Positions 29,598 to 41,401 are shown, counted from the first letter of the stretch. The stretch: DNA of 64,000 nucleotides from Carcharhinus amblyrhynchos (GCA_965287045.1 OZ336874.1:59210001-59274000); one strand, 5' to 3'. Program-made: numbers and translations. Notes: generated by a model from the sequence alone, not told the origin.

Positions 29598-29993
29598 AGT
29601 TTCAAGTTAATCCCTGAGCCACCACTAAATTGTGGTGGGCTCAGGAATAATGAATTTTAACTAGACTCACTAATGAGCCCGACTGACATGCTAGCAGTGG
29701 TCAGGAGTCCAGCGTCAGCCCCTCCTGCTCTCTGAACTATTTGGAGGAGGTTATGCCACAGTGGCACCTCATCCATGATTAAATGGGCCTTGTTCCTATG
29801 GTTCCTGCCATGATGGGCTCCATTCATTCAAACTGGTTCAATAGCCAGATATTACCATTTACGATAGCAGTATCTATAGGCACAAGCTGAACTCTTTTCC
29901 TGGCTTAAATTCATTCAAATAAGTAGTCTTCTTATTGACAAAATAAAAATAGCTTAGTCAATTCAAAATTAAAAGCCTGCTCAATTCACTCAC

Positions 29994-30178
29994 CACTGGA
30001 GATCGGCCGTAAGCAGCTGCTGCTGCTGCAGCAGCGGCTGCTGCACTCATCTGGGGGGAGATATTATGTAAACCTGCATACGCCCCCGGGCTTGTTAGGT
30101 CTCCATTCATGCCAGCATGGGGCACAATTCCAAACGGAGCAGGATAAGGACATGGCACTGCCATAGGAGTCCTCAAGC
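29994..30178 (-). CDS. TLE4: TLE4 coding exon (approx. exon 13), 185 nt: [17 protein letters not shown]...[18 protein letters not shown] (SP domain with poly-Ala)
   Basis: ORF 29958..30176; acceptor ttacag, donor gtgagt; phase 1-0 keeps the frame. Confidence 0.92.
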
Positions 30179-30479
30179 CTGTAAATTACCAAACATCTGT
30201 TGTTAGTGACTATAAGTTCCAAATACTTTTACGTCATCTCAGCTATTGTTCAATCTGAGAGAGCAAGAGGAGGGGAACAAAAATCAAAATGCTTACAATG
30301 TTATGTTTGCTTCCTGTAAAGGACCTTTCCACGTAAAGATTGTAACAGGATTTTTGTCACTGTGAATATGTGAAATGGAAAATTGATTCTACAACATTAA
30401 AACAGCAACTTATGCCTAAGGCAAGGATAAGATTAGAAGGCACACAAAGACAATTGTTTAAAGGGAACTATTTACCTAC

Positions 30480-30612
30480 CTAATGGATCAATTCCTGGTG
30501 GTTTACCAGGGACCGGCCTCAATCCAGGGGTGGAATTACTTCCTGGAGTTGGAGCATCTGATCGTGGAGTTGGAGTATTTGACTTTGACACTGGAGTAGT
30601 CGATTTCTCGTT
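30480..30612 (-). CDS. TLE4: TLE4 coding exon (approx. exon 12), 133 nt: [44 protein letters not shown]
   Basis: ORF 30472..30669; acceptor ttgcag, donor gtaggt; phase 0-1. Confidence 0.95.
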
Positions 30613-31382
30613 CTGCAAACAAACAGAAAACTGCTTTGTCAATACAGCAACTCCAAAGTTGCACTGCAAAGAATCATTTATTATATCTTAACGTTGTGAT
30701 GACATAAACCAACAACCAATCTAAAATGTTAATAATAACACCAATAGCTATAATTGAGAAAATGTCAAATTATTTTTGCCAAAAATCAATAGTATTGTTC
30801 TTAAAACAAAACTGAGTTCATGTGTTTTTCCATCAAAGCACATCACAGATTTTACATGCCATGCTATAAATAGATAAGATGCAGAGAACTGGGCCAGGAT
30901 TTTGCTTGTGGGTGTCAGGACCTCATGATCAGGCTTAAATGGGGGTCAGAAGCCTGCATGCACTGTAATCACTTCTCTGTGATTTTTCCCAAAATGGTCA
31001 ATTAACGGAAAAAGAGTGGGTTCACTGTCCAATTGAGGAGGAAAAATGGGCTCTGAAGCTCAAGGGCCAATACGAGTACAAACTGCTTAAAAGCAGCACC
31101 AGGATGCCATGGACATTAACAGAGGAAAACAACTTTCCAAAAGGGAGATGCCCGCTCTCCAAACTTTCTGAATTTGAAATTTAAAAATGGCATCATCAGC
31201 TGCCAGGTCCCCACTGGGGAGGGGAGGGAATCCTCTCCACAAGCCAATTGTGGTTGAAACTTGGAAGGTGAGGAAGGCCTCTAGACCTGGCTAAAGGGCA
31301 GGCCCTGTGGGAAGTTGTCTGTCAGCAGCTGCTTTGTTCCCCACAGTCTCTGGAGACCTGAAGGCTGCCTTGAAGATCCCAG

Positions 31383-31532
31383 AAAGATCAGGTGGCTGGG
31401 ATTTTGCCTGATGAAGGAAGAACATGTTCCAAAAGCTTGGGGTGTTTGCTACAAATAAACTTGTTGGACTTTAAGCTGGTGTTGTGAGATTTCTTTCTGT
31501 TTTACCCCAGTCCAATGCCGACATCTCCACAT
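31383..31532 (+). mobile_element. Short Penelope-like terminal-repeat insertion with degenerate hammerhead core
   Basis: ctgatgaaggaa...ttccaaaagctt...aaataaac...ccccagtccaatgccgacatctccacat, similar to 35164-35286; 14-bp direct repeat cttgaagatcccag at 31369 and 31533. Confidence 0.8.
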
Positions 31533-32094
31533 CTTGAAGATCCCAGTCAGTCTCTGAGAATAGGCCTTAATTGAACTTTAATTTGTTAAGCTGGTTACTT
31601 GTGGATTGCATTTGGGTAGCCCTGCCCCTCCCAGCCCACCTCCAGGAAAATGGTCTGGGGATGTGGAGCTGGGAAACCAGTACATTGGCTGCAGGTATAT
31701 AATTCAGTGCCTACTCCAACCGCTGGCTTTTAAATTGTTTGTGATTTTCTCAATGAAGCTTTACATCCAAAGCAGTTTTTTATTTTCAAGGGTACTGAGT
31801 CACCTAGGAATCCAGCAGTTTTTTTTCCTCTGGTTCAAATTTGCAGTTTTTAAGCCAGAGATATCTATTTGATTTGCTCTTGAAGCTCACTTCTGCAGAA
31901 AGCTTTTGATCACCAAGTTTCACCACTTGGTTCCATGTCATACAGCAGAAACAGGGAGCACCACAGGACAGACATTAGAGCAGCAATGGAGTGGAGTGAA
32001 AGATGATAAATTTTACTGAGTTAGAATGAGCCTCTGTTAACATTAATGATTTCTAACTGAAGACTTCATATAGAAATGTAGACACGATGCTTAC

Positions 32095-32247
32095 TAGACC
32101 CATTTCTTTGGACTTTGAGGAAGGGGTACTACTGGAGGAAGCAATGGAAGCTGGGCTTATAGGTGCATCCTTTTTTAACAGGCGAGATTTATCTAAGCCA
32201 TTTTCCCTTGGTGAGTGGGGTGGGCTACCTCGTGGTGAGGTGGGATC
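32095..32247 (-). CDS. TLE4: TLE4 coding exon (approx. exon 11), 153 nt: [51 protein letters not shown]
   Basis: ORF 32053..32310; acceptor tttttcag, donor gtaagc. Confidence 0.95.
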
Positions 32248-32689
32248 CTGAAAAAGGAACACAAAATTTTTAAATGAACAGCATTCCAAAACAGAGGGAA
32301 AATAAAACAAAATCTATACTTACAATAGTAAGTTATACTATAACCTGGTCATATTACATTCGAAAAATGTATTCTATTATTCTTCAATAAACATAAATTG
32401 ATTTAATCAAATTGGCTAAAATCTCTGTGTGGAAATCAAAAATAAATACTCTGGATTAATACAGAACTGGCCTTAATTGCCTGCACAGAAAGCTAATATC
32501 AGAAGAAAATAATGCACACATATCACTACAAAAATTATAGTACAAATTAAAACTGGGTATGGGCAGTACTGAAAAGGCCACATAAATTTGGTTTGATTTC
32601 TGGTCGAATCATAATATTTTTGTGATATTTTGTTCTTAGAACGGTGTTGGTTAAAGAATTCCAGGATATTAACCCAGCAATAACCCAGA

Positions 32690-32990
32690 AGTGGCACAGA
32701 GGTTAGAACTGCTGCCTCACAGCGCCAGGGGCCCGGGTTCAATTCCCGGTTTGGGCCACTGTCTGTGCAGAGTCTGCACGTTCTCCCCGTTTGAGTGGGT
32801 TCCCTCCAGCTGCTCTGGTTTCCCCCCCATCAACTGAAAGATGTGCTGATTAGTTGCACTGGCCACACTAAATTCTTCCTCATTGTACCTGAACAAGTGA
32901 TGGAATGTGGCGACTAGGAGATTTTCACAGTAACTTCACTGCAGTGTTAATGTAAGTCTACTTGCGACACTAAGAAATAAATAAACCTTA
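32690..32990 (+). mobile_element. tRNA-derived V-SINE
   Basis: Same head, V-domain and tail ending aaataaataaac. Confidence 0.9.
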
Positions 32991-33362
32991 AACTTTAAAT
33001 AATGTAATAATTGTGGAGGATTTTAATCTTCATGTAGATTGGACAATTCAAATTGGCAAATGGAGCCCAAAATTTGAGTTTTTAAGAACACTTTTGTGGG
33101 TGTTTCCTAGACCAATATGTTGTCAAACTTGTCACAATGCGCTGTTTGCTGCCACTGTATGTTATATTATGGTTTTTTTAAATGTTTCAATGGGGAGTCT
33201 TGAGAGTTGCCTGTTTAAACATGAATCATTGATTCTTTAACTAGTCACAGATCCAATGTATGGTCATGCATGGTACTTTTTTCATGCTGGTAGGATGCTT
33301 ACTTGGAGTTCTGATTCTTGACTGTTCACTGAATCTATTACTATGTTACTCCATTCATCATA

Positions 33363-35290
33363 AGTTTTTGGGGTTTCTCCCTTCGTCAGGTGAATGGAGA
33401 GTTCTGGCCTCAGACAGAGCATATAACAGCACAGACAGTTTACAGATTACTGATTAGAATGCGAGTCTTTACAACTAACCTGTTATTCAAGTCTTAAAGA
33501 TGCCGACAATGTGAGTGGAAAGAGCATTAAGCACAGGTTAAAGAGATGCGTATTGTCTCCAGACTGTACAGTGAGGTTTTGCAAACCCAGGCAAGTCATG
33601 GAGGTTACACATAGTGCGACATGAACCCAAGATCCCTGTTGAGACTGTCCTCATGTGTGCGGAACTTGGCTATCAGTCTCTGCTCAGCGACTCTGCACTG
33701 TTGTGTGTTGTGAAGGCTGCCTTGGATCAAGATCTTTGATCCGGACCTTCAGAGCACCCTCCATGCGGGGAGTCCACATACTCCCCGTGTTGCAGATCTC
33801 TACTGCCTCCCAAAGATACACAAGGCAAATACACCCGGCCGTTCCATCCTATCGGGCAACGGGACCCTGTGCGAGAACCTCTCCAGCTATCCTGAAACCC
33901 ATTGTATAAAGAATGCCCAGCTTTTGTTGTGACACTACAGACTTCCTACGGAAACTCAGCACACATGGAGCAGTTGAACCAGGGACACTCCTCGTTACAA
34001 TGGATGTCTTGGCGCTCTACACCAACATCCCCCATGACGATGGCATTGCTGCAACTGCCTCAGTACTCAACGCCGACAACTGCCAGTTTCCAGATGCAAT
34101 TTTACAACTCATCCGCTTTATCCTGGACCACAATGTCTTCACCTTCAACAACCAGTTTTTCATCCAGACACATGGAACAGCCATGGGGACCAATTTTGCA
34201 CCTCAATATGCCAACATCTTCATGCACAAGTTCGAACAAGACTTCTTCACCGCTCAGGACCTTCAACCGATGCTACACACTAGATACATCGACGACATCT
34301 TCTTCCTTTGGCCTCATGGTGAACAATCACTGAAACAACTATATGATGATATCAACAAGTTCCACCCCATCATCAGACTCACCATGGACTATTCTCCAGA
34401 ATCAGTTGCACTCTTGGACACACGCATCTCCATCAAGGACGGTCACCTCAGCACCTCACTGTACCGCAAGCCCACAAACAACCTCACAATGCTCCACTTT
34501 TCCAGCTTCCACCCTAAACACGTTAAAGAAGCCATCCCCTATGGATAAGCCCTCCATATACACAGGATCTGCTCAGATGAGGAGGATCGTGACAGACACC
34601 TCCAGATGAGCAACAGCAACCTCTGCAAGACATGCTGGATCATCGATATGGATGACATCATCCCATGTGAGAACACCATCCACCAGGTACACGGTACATA
34701 CTCTTGCAACTCGGCTAACATCGTCTACCTAATACGCTGTAGGAAAGGATGTCCCGAAGCATGGTACATTGGGGAGACCATGCAGACGCTATGACGACGA
34801 ATGAATGAACATCGCTCGACAATCATCAGGCAAGACTGTTCCCTTCTTGTTGGCGAACACTTCAGCAGTCACGGGCAATTGGCCTCTGACCTTCGGGTAA
34901 GCATTCTCAACAGGGATCTTGGGTTCATGTCACACTATCTGTAACCCCCATGACTTGCCTGGGTTTGCAAAACCTCACTTACTGTACAGTCTGGAGACAA
35001 TACACATCTCTTTAACCTGTGTTTAATGCTCTTTCCACTCACATTGTCGGCATCTTTAAGACTTGAATAACAGGTTAGTTGTAAAGACTCGCATTCTAAT
35101 CAGTAATCTGTAAACTGTCTGTGCTGTTATATGCTCTGTCTGAGGCCAGAACTCTCCATTCACCTGACGAAGGGAGAAACCCCAAAAGTTTGTGAGTTTA
35201 CTATCAAATAAATCGGTTGGACTTAAACCTGGTTTTGTCAGACTTCTTACTGTGTCTACCCCAGTCCAATGCCAGCATCTCCACATGATG
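33363..35290 (+). mobile_element. Penelope-like retroelement (RT plus GIY-YIG endonuclease), 5'-truncated, with an inverted 5' copy of its 3' end
   Basis: ORF 33913..34548 with MDV.ALYTNIPH, GTAMG..FAP.YANIFM and RYIDDIF; NIVYLIRC...WYIGET GIY-YIG motif; inverted repeat 33367-33643 versus 34905-35187; 14/15 flanking direct repeat actc(c/t)attcatcata. Confidence 0.93.
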
Positions 35291-35584
35291 ACTCTATTCA
35301 TCATACCATAGGCAATGCTATTCACCAGTCCTATGTTAATCCTTGCTCTGCTGAGCACCTTTACATTACAACGGCATGCAGGTAACGTAACAACATCGCC
35401 CTTTCTTCTCGAAAGAAAACTTTCCTCCCTTCCAATAGAGAATTACAATACATTTTTTACTTGCTATCTTTACTCCCCATCTCAATCTCTAACATTATGA
35501 ATTGAGATGGTCTTGATGTGTGACAGTTCTTCCATATCTCAATCCTTCAGGATTGCAGCAACGGTAATTGTACTGTTTTTGATA

Positions 35585-35920
35585 CTTTGCTCTCTGTCAA
35601 CTGGTTCATCAGTTTGTACAAAGTGATGTTAAAGTCATTTCACTTTACTTTGTAAATCTTCCAGAGGAATAAACCTTGACCTAAGGAAATTTTGTTGAGT
35701 GTTTGAAGGCCTGTTTACAGGTTTTTCTTCTCTTTGCAAAGCTCAATTGTTTTATCTTGAGCCTTCTTGTAATTTAGTAGGATCATCTTGAGTATCTTCT
35801 ATTGCTTCAATTCTGCCATTTAAGACAGTTATCATTTCTTCATATTGTTGAATGGTTACACATTCCTTTTGCATTTGATCTTGCAGGACAATCAACTGTT
35901 CTTGCAACTTTTTTTTTATT
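35585..35920 (-). pseudogene. Decayed fragment of a UACA/RAI14/ANKRD24-family coiled-coil coding region
   Basis: Across frameshifts it reads KKLQEQLIVLQDQMQKECVTIQQYEEMITVLNGRIEAIED/LKMILLNYKKAQDKTIELCKEKKNL*TGLQT/QNFLRSRFIPLEDLQSKV/NDFNITLYKLMNQLTE, collinear with the recalled UACA segment ILANYRKGQEEIVTL...KVKYAPI...LKDQLSE. Confidence 0.6.
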
Positions 35921-36308
35921 GTCTTTCCTCTGGTGTCTCTTGTCATTCTCTCTCTCTCGCCGCCCTCCCCCCAATCCCTGCTGGATTGTTTGCTGCCTTT
36001 GGTGGAGTTTTGATGGTTTCTCTGGCATCTCCTGTTGTTCTCAGAGGAGTTGCCCTTGCTCTTTGGGGTATATTGTTGTTTCCTCTCTGGGATCGCTTCT
36101 AATTTTCTGTTCATAGCAGTTTAATTTGTAGTTACCGCTTTAAATTTTGTATGGTGGTAAATAAACAGTGAAAACATTTTAAGAAAGGTTTAAAGATGTT
36201 CACTGAAATACATTCCATTAAGAATCAAAAACGCGTGAGAAAGAACAATCCATGGCTTCAGGAGGGGGTGGGGGGTTGGGGTGGTTAAGGGAAGTATTAA
36301 GGGCTTGT

Positions 36309-37033
36309 AGTTATAAGACTACGAAATCAGAAACCCAAAAGGTATATTATGATGTCAGACTAGACCCCAACAATTTGTTACATTGGCACAGCGAGGACAA
36401 GACATTTCACTCCAGGCACAATTCCACTAACAAAGAAGGGAGCTTTTGTCAAAACAAATTTTATTTAACAACACATTTACCTATAACAAACAAATTAGCT
36501 TACTCTTCAACAACTGAACAATACTTAAACATGACAACATATAATTCTTAACTGTTAACCTATCACTGAGTTCCAATGAAGCAAAAATTTCCCTTGTAGA
36601 CTTCAACTCTTTTATATTTATTCAGCAAAACACGCTTAGATTAACAGTCTTGGAGCTTTCAGAATACCTCTGAAGAAAGAAAGAGAGAGAGAGAGACACT
36701 GCTTTCTTCTGGCAACACAGGCACCAACGTTTTTCTTTTAAAATGAATATGAAACTGGCTTTCCAGCATGCTTAGCTCCTCCCATTAAGCACGAGTCTGC
36801 CCCATCAACCAAACTACTCAAAAACTGACATGATTCTGCATGCCTAGTCTAAAGTCCCAGGAGAACCTAAATAAAGGTCCATTAACTCTACGAAGTAACA
36901 CATTCCCTGCTAAAATCAGCCATTAACCTCAGCATCTGCTGCATGTTTACCAGAAAAATCAACTCTTGTAAAACACTGCCTGTTAAAGCAACCCTACCTC
37001 AAGTGTAAAACATATCAAAATAGCAGTATTACA
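36309..37033 (-). mobile_element. 3' LTR of a Gypsy-type retrotransposon
   Basis: Minus strand polypurine tract aagggggatgg immediately followed by TGTAAT at 37033; internal AATAAA near 36460; left boundary approximate. Confidence 0.65.
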
Positions 37034-37289
37034 CCATCCCCCTTAAAAAATGAACCAATATGAAACAATGGCTTCATTTTTCAAAACCTCTATTTTCCAC
37101 ACTATTAGTACTCTACAAAACATATACATAGATCTTATTACATCTAAGCATGCAAATATAACAGTAGTATATTCCAGTTCAGTCTCTTACTACACTGGAT
37201 GTTTCCAGTCTTTCATCAAAGTTGTGATAAAACATTTGCAAACACCTTCTCCCTTCCTGCCACATGTATAATTTTTAAACTAATGGTTG

Positions 37290-38590
37290 TAGTAATAAAT
37301 TTCATCTAAACAGTCCTGCATTCTTATCTTGAAATTTCTCCAGAAAGTTCAATGAATTATGGCCAGAGTAAATAATAGTTTGATGAATTGCTGGCAACAT
37401 AAATGTTAAAATGACAACATCAAAATTAATATTTCCTTCTCAACGGCCAAACATTTTCATCAATGACTATTTGATTTTCTAGTAATGTAACCAAATGGTC
37501 TTTCTATCTTTTCATCATCTTCTTCTAACACTTCAGCATTAACACCCATATCAATGGCCACCTTGAATATTTTTGCATAATTCAGTGTCATGAACTCCGG
37601 TTGGGTGGTTAACAGTTCTTAAGGTTGTCAAATGCCTTGTAAGGTTCAGACATCCACTGAAACTTTCTCTACATTTTCAGCAGTTCAATCAGTGGAACAA
37701 ACACACTGCTCAAATTTGGCACAAATTTCCTGGAGAAGCCACTCATGCCCAGGGATCTCAGTACTTCCTTATTTGTCTTTGGTATCGGGAACTCTCCGAT
37801 AACCTTTGTTTTCACAATCCGTGGGACCATCTGCCCATGTCCTAAGACCTTGGGGTATGTATGGCCCAAGACCTTGGGCTTTTGCAAATTCGCATTTAGC
37901 CGCACGAAGCCCACTTCCTGAAGTCAAACAATTTCTTTAACTGCTCCAAATGCTCATTCCACATCTGACTGAAAACCACCATATCATCTACATACACTGC
38001 ACAATTAGCTAGTCTGGAAATGATCTTATTGGTTAGTCTTCAGAACATTCTGGTGCATTCTTCTTTCCAAACGGCAAGACTTTAAACTTTAGTGCAGACC
38101 ATTTGGTGTCACAAAAGCTGAAATCTCCTTTGTTCTTTCAGATAAAGGTATTTGTCAGTATCCTCCTTGCAAATTACGTTTAGAAATGAAATTTGCTTGT
38201 CCCACCTTCTCAATATATTCTTCAATTGAGGAATAGATTATGTACCTGACTTTGTGACTGCATTGACTTTTCTACTGTCAATATACAATTGTTTTGTATC
38301 ATCTGGTTTGGTATCATCACTATGTGTGAGCTCACTTGCTGCAACTCACTTCAATGATATCATTTTAAAACATGCTTCAACCTCCTTTTGAACCTTAGTG
38401 AGTTAAGTCTATAGGATGTTATTTAACTGGAACAGCACTCCTTACATCTACACTCATCTGGTGAAGGGGCAACGCTCTGAAAACTCATGCTACCAAATAA
38501 ACGTGTTGGGCTTTAACCTGGCGTTGCGAGACTACATACTGTACATCTACATTGTGCACAATTATTTTATTTCTTCCTAGTTTGTTTCCA
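37290..38590 (-). mobile_element. Gypsy-type pol relic (RT/RNase H)
   Basis: GY.QIPLSERTKEISAFVTPNGL, FKVLPFG.KNAP, CAVYVDD and FPIPKTNKEVLRSLGMSGFSRKFVPN. Confidence 0.9.
38453..38541 (+). mobile_element. Short Penelope-like terminal-repeat insertion inside the Gypsy pol relic
   Basis: ctggtgaagggg...gaaa...caaataaacgtgttgggctttaacctgg; 10-bp direct repeat tacatctaca at 38443 and 38542. Confidence 0.75.
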
Positions 38591-38747
38591 TTTATCGCTT
38601 TATACTCTAGTTTAAAGGGGTAAGTTTTAAGGAGCATCTTAAATGAGAAAAGAAGAGTTAGAAAGCTGCGGACGTTTAGGGAATGAATTCCAGGATTAGA
38701 GCCTAGGCAATCGAAAGCATAGCCAATGTGGTAGAGTGATTAAAATG

Positions 38748-39442
38748 TGAGCATAGCTTCATGAAAGGGAAATCATGCCTAACAAATTTATTAGAGTTTG
38801 TTGAGGCACTAACGGGCAGGATAGATAAAGAGGAATCAGTAGATGTAATATACTTGTTTTTCCAAACAGCATTCAGTAAGGTGCCGCAACAAAGATTATT
38901 TAATTAGGTAAGAGCCTAGAATACTGTGAACAGTTTTGGTCCCTTTATCTAAGGAAAGATATACTGGCATTGGAGACAGTCCTTAAAGATTCAGTAGGTT
39001 GATCTCGGGTATGGAGGGGTTTTCTTATGAGGAGAAGTTGAGCCTGTATTCATTAGAGTTTAGAAGGCTGAGAGGTGATCTTATTGAGATGTACAGGATT
39101 CTCAGGATGCTTCAGAGGGTAGATGCTGAGAGGTTATTTCCCCTTGCGGTTGAGGGCCAGAGAGCATAATCTCTGAGCAAGGTTTCACGCATTTAAAACA
39201 GATGAGAAATTTCTTCTCTGACAGTAATGAATCTGTGAAATTATTTACCACAGAAAACTGTATAGGCTGGATTGCTAAGTATCTTTGGGGCTGAGATGGA
39301 CAGATTTTTAATCAGTAAGGGAATCAAGAGTTACGGGGATGAGGCAGAAAAGTGGAGCAGATTAATCATCATCTCATTTAATGATGGAGCAGATTCGATG
39401 GGCAGAGTGACCTACTTCTTCTCCTACATCTTACGGTCTTAT
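38748..39442 (+). mobile_element. Internally deleted CR1 fragment nested in an L2 relic (approx. 38620-39690, minus strand)
   Basis: HSFMKGKSCLTNLLEF and CR1 3' tail cctacatcttacggtctta; L2-like flanks continue on both sides. Confidence 0.8.
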
Positions 39443-40119
39443 TAAAAAATGCAGGCCACAATTGGAAGAATGCAGAAATCTTGGCAAATCGTAGAGGCTG
39501 GAGAAGGTTACTGAGGTAGAGAAGTCAAAGCCATTGAAAGTTATGAAATCAAGGATGAGTATTTTAAATTGAAGACATAGGCATTCACTGTAAATCAGCG
39601 AGGACAGGGGTGATGGGCAAATGAGATTTGGTGCAAGCTAGGTTGGAGGCAGCAGAGTTTTAAATGAACATATAGAGGTGGAAGATGGAATATATGGCAA
39701 CCTCAGTCTCAACCTATATCAATTGCATTCTGAACCATATATTTTACCTAGTTATTTTATGCCCAGCATATTTATTGTCTTGTAATCAATCCTTGGTACG
39801 CAGTTTTTCTTTATATTTACAGATAAACGCAAACAATACATCGATATTTTTTGGTTCAGCGTTTTCAAGCGTACATTTAAATTTCCTAAAACATTTCAGA
39901 TGATCATATTTTCATTTAGAGCCTTCTTCATGTCAGATTTTTACTTTGATAATCATTTAATTAAGTAAATTAGCTTCTTGGAGTTTAAACCAGTACTTGA
40001 TTGAAAAGACAATGAGCCAAGAAAAATTCTGTGGTACAATATTAATGGAAAGCCCATGCTAAACATCAACACCAAGAAAATTATTGCATTCAATATTCTT
40101 GAAACCAACCACTACAAAC

Positions 40120-40173
40120 CTCATTGGAGACATCCACCACCAAGTTGTCATCACTCTTCTCTCCATCACTATC
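40120..40173 (-). CDS. TLE4: TLE4 coding exon (approx. exon 10), 54 nt: DSDGEKSDDNLVVDVSNE (CK2 site region)
   Basis: Acceptor tttag and donor gtttgt; invariant Groucho motif read by hand; in frame with neighbouring exons. Confidence 0.95.
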
Positions 40174-40719
40174 CTAAATATATATATAAATAAATAATAC
40201 ATTTTATATGATGATGAATGCACATTAACTGCAACTGAATTTAGACAGCTGTTCAAATATATTACAGTGATTGAGTTAATAAGAATTGATTGCATAACAG
40301 ATATATCAGAGCAGTTTAATTAGTGATGCAGCAGTCTCTATAATGCCCGTACTTGACTGATATAATACAAAACAGGAAGTTTATAGAGAGCAAGAAACCA
40401 AAAGCACAGGTTAAACGCTAGTCTTTCACTTTGATAGGAATTTTACAAGCAGGATCAAAATTACTCAGCCAGTCTCAAACCAATCCCAGGCTCTTGTGGT
40501 TCCACATGACGAAACAGCAAAATGGAAAAAAAATGCTACACTATTTGTAGTTAGGAATGTTCCTCAGAGCTTCAAGTTGAGTCATGATACATTGTTGGAG
40601 AAGGAGCTTCATTTTACATTTGAATAAACTGGGCCTACGATCCATGTATCCAAAAGGTGCTTGAAATTGAATATATAGGATTGGACAGAAATCCAGCAAG
40701 AGGAGTCTTAAAGTTTAAA

Positions 40720-41012
40720 GGTGGACAGTGCTAAGCACCACTGCCTCACAGCACCAGGGACCTGTGTTCCATTCCTGGTTTGGGTCACTGTGCTGAATCT
40801 GCATGTTCTCCCCATGTGTGCGTAGATTTCTTTCAGGTGCTCTGGAATCCTCACACAGTCCAAAAGACATGCTAGTAAAGGTGCATTGGCCATGCTAAAT
40901 TCTCCCTCAGTATACCTGATCAGGCACCAGGGCTTGGCGACTGGAGATTTTCACAATAACCTCATTGCAATGTTAATGTAAGCCTATTTGTGACACTAAT
41001 AAATAAACTTAA
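40720..41012 (+). mobile_element. tRNA-derived V-SINE
   Basis: Same family; tail gtgacactaataaataaac. Confidence 0.88.
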
Positions 41013-41281
41013 ACTGATAGAAAGGCACAATTTACTATTAGAAAGACTACTGAAGCAACTCTATGACTAGAGCAAAATAACTTAGCCTTGTTTTGTCCTC
41101 TTCCCCACTTAAATGTTTTTAAAAAGCTGAAAAGTGCAGTTCATAAAAAATACTAGGTGGGGGGGCGGTGGAGTTGGGGAGTCTTACAGAACATAATCCA
41201 CAGACAAATAATTGAGAATCAAGGTTGATCACAATTACATAAAAAATATATAAAGGCATGCCCAATTTGATTGTTACTCAC

Positions 41282-41401
41282 ATAACGGTTTGCTAAATCC
41301 TTATCATCAGTCTTCTGCTTCTTGCTCTCTGTGGAGTAATCATTTGAATTTCTGTGCTTCTCTGCAGCTCTGAAACTGGCTGATGGTGACACAGAGGAAC
41401 T
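41282..41401 (-). CDS. TLE4: TLE4 coding exon (approx. human exon 9), 120 nt: SSSVSPSASFRAAEKHRNSNDYSTESKKQKTDDKDLANRY, includes the CcN nuclear localisation signal
   Basis: Acceptor tttcag and donor gtgagt; phase 0-0; peptide closely matches the recalled TLE4 CcN region. Confidence 0.95.
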
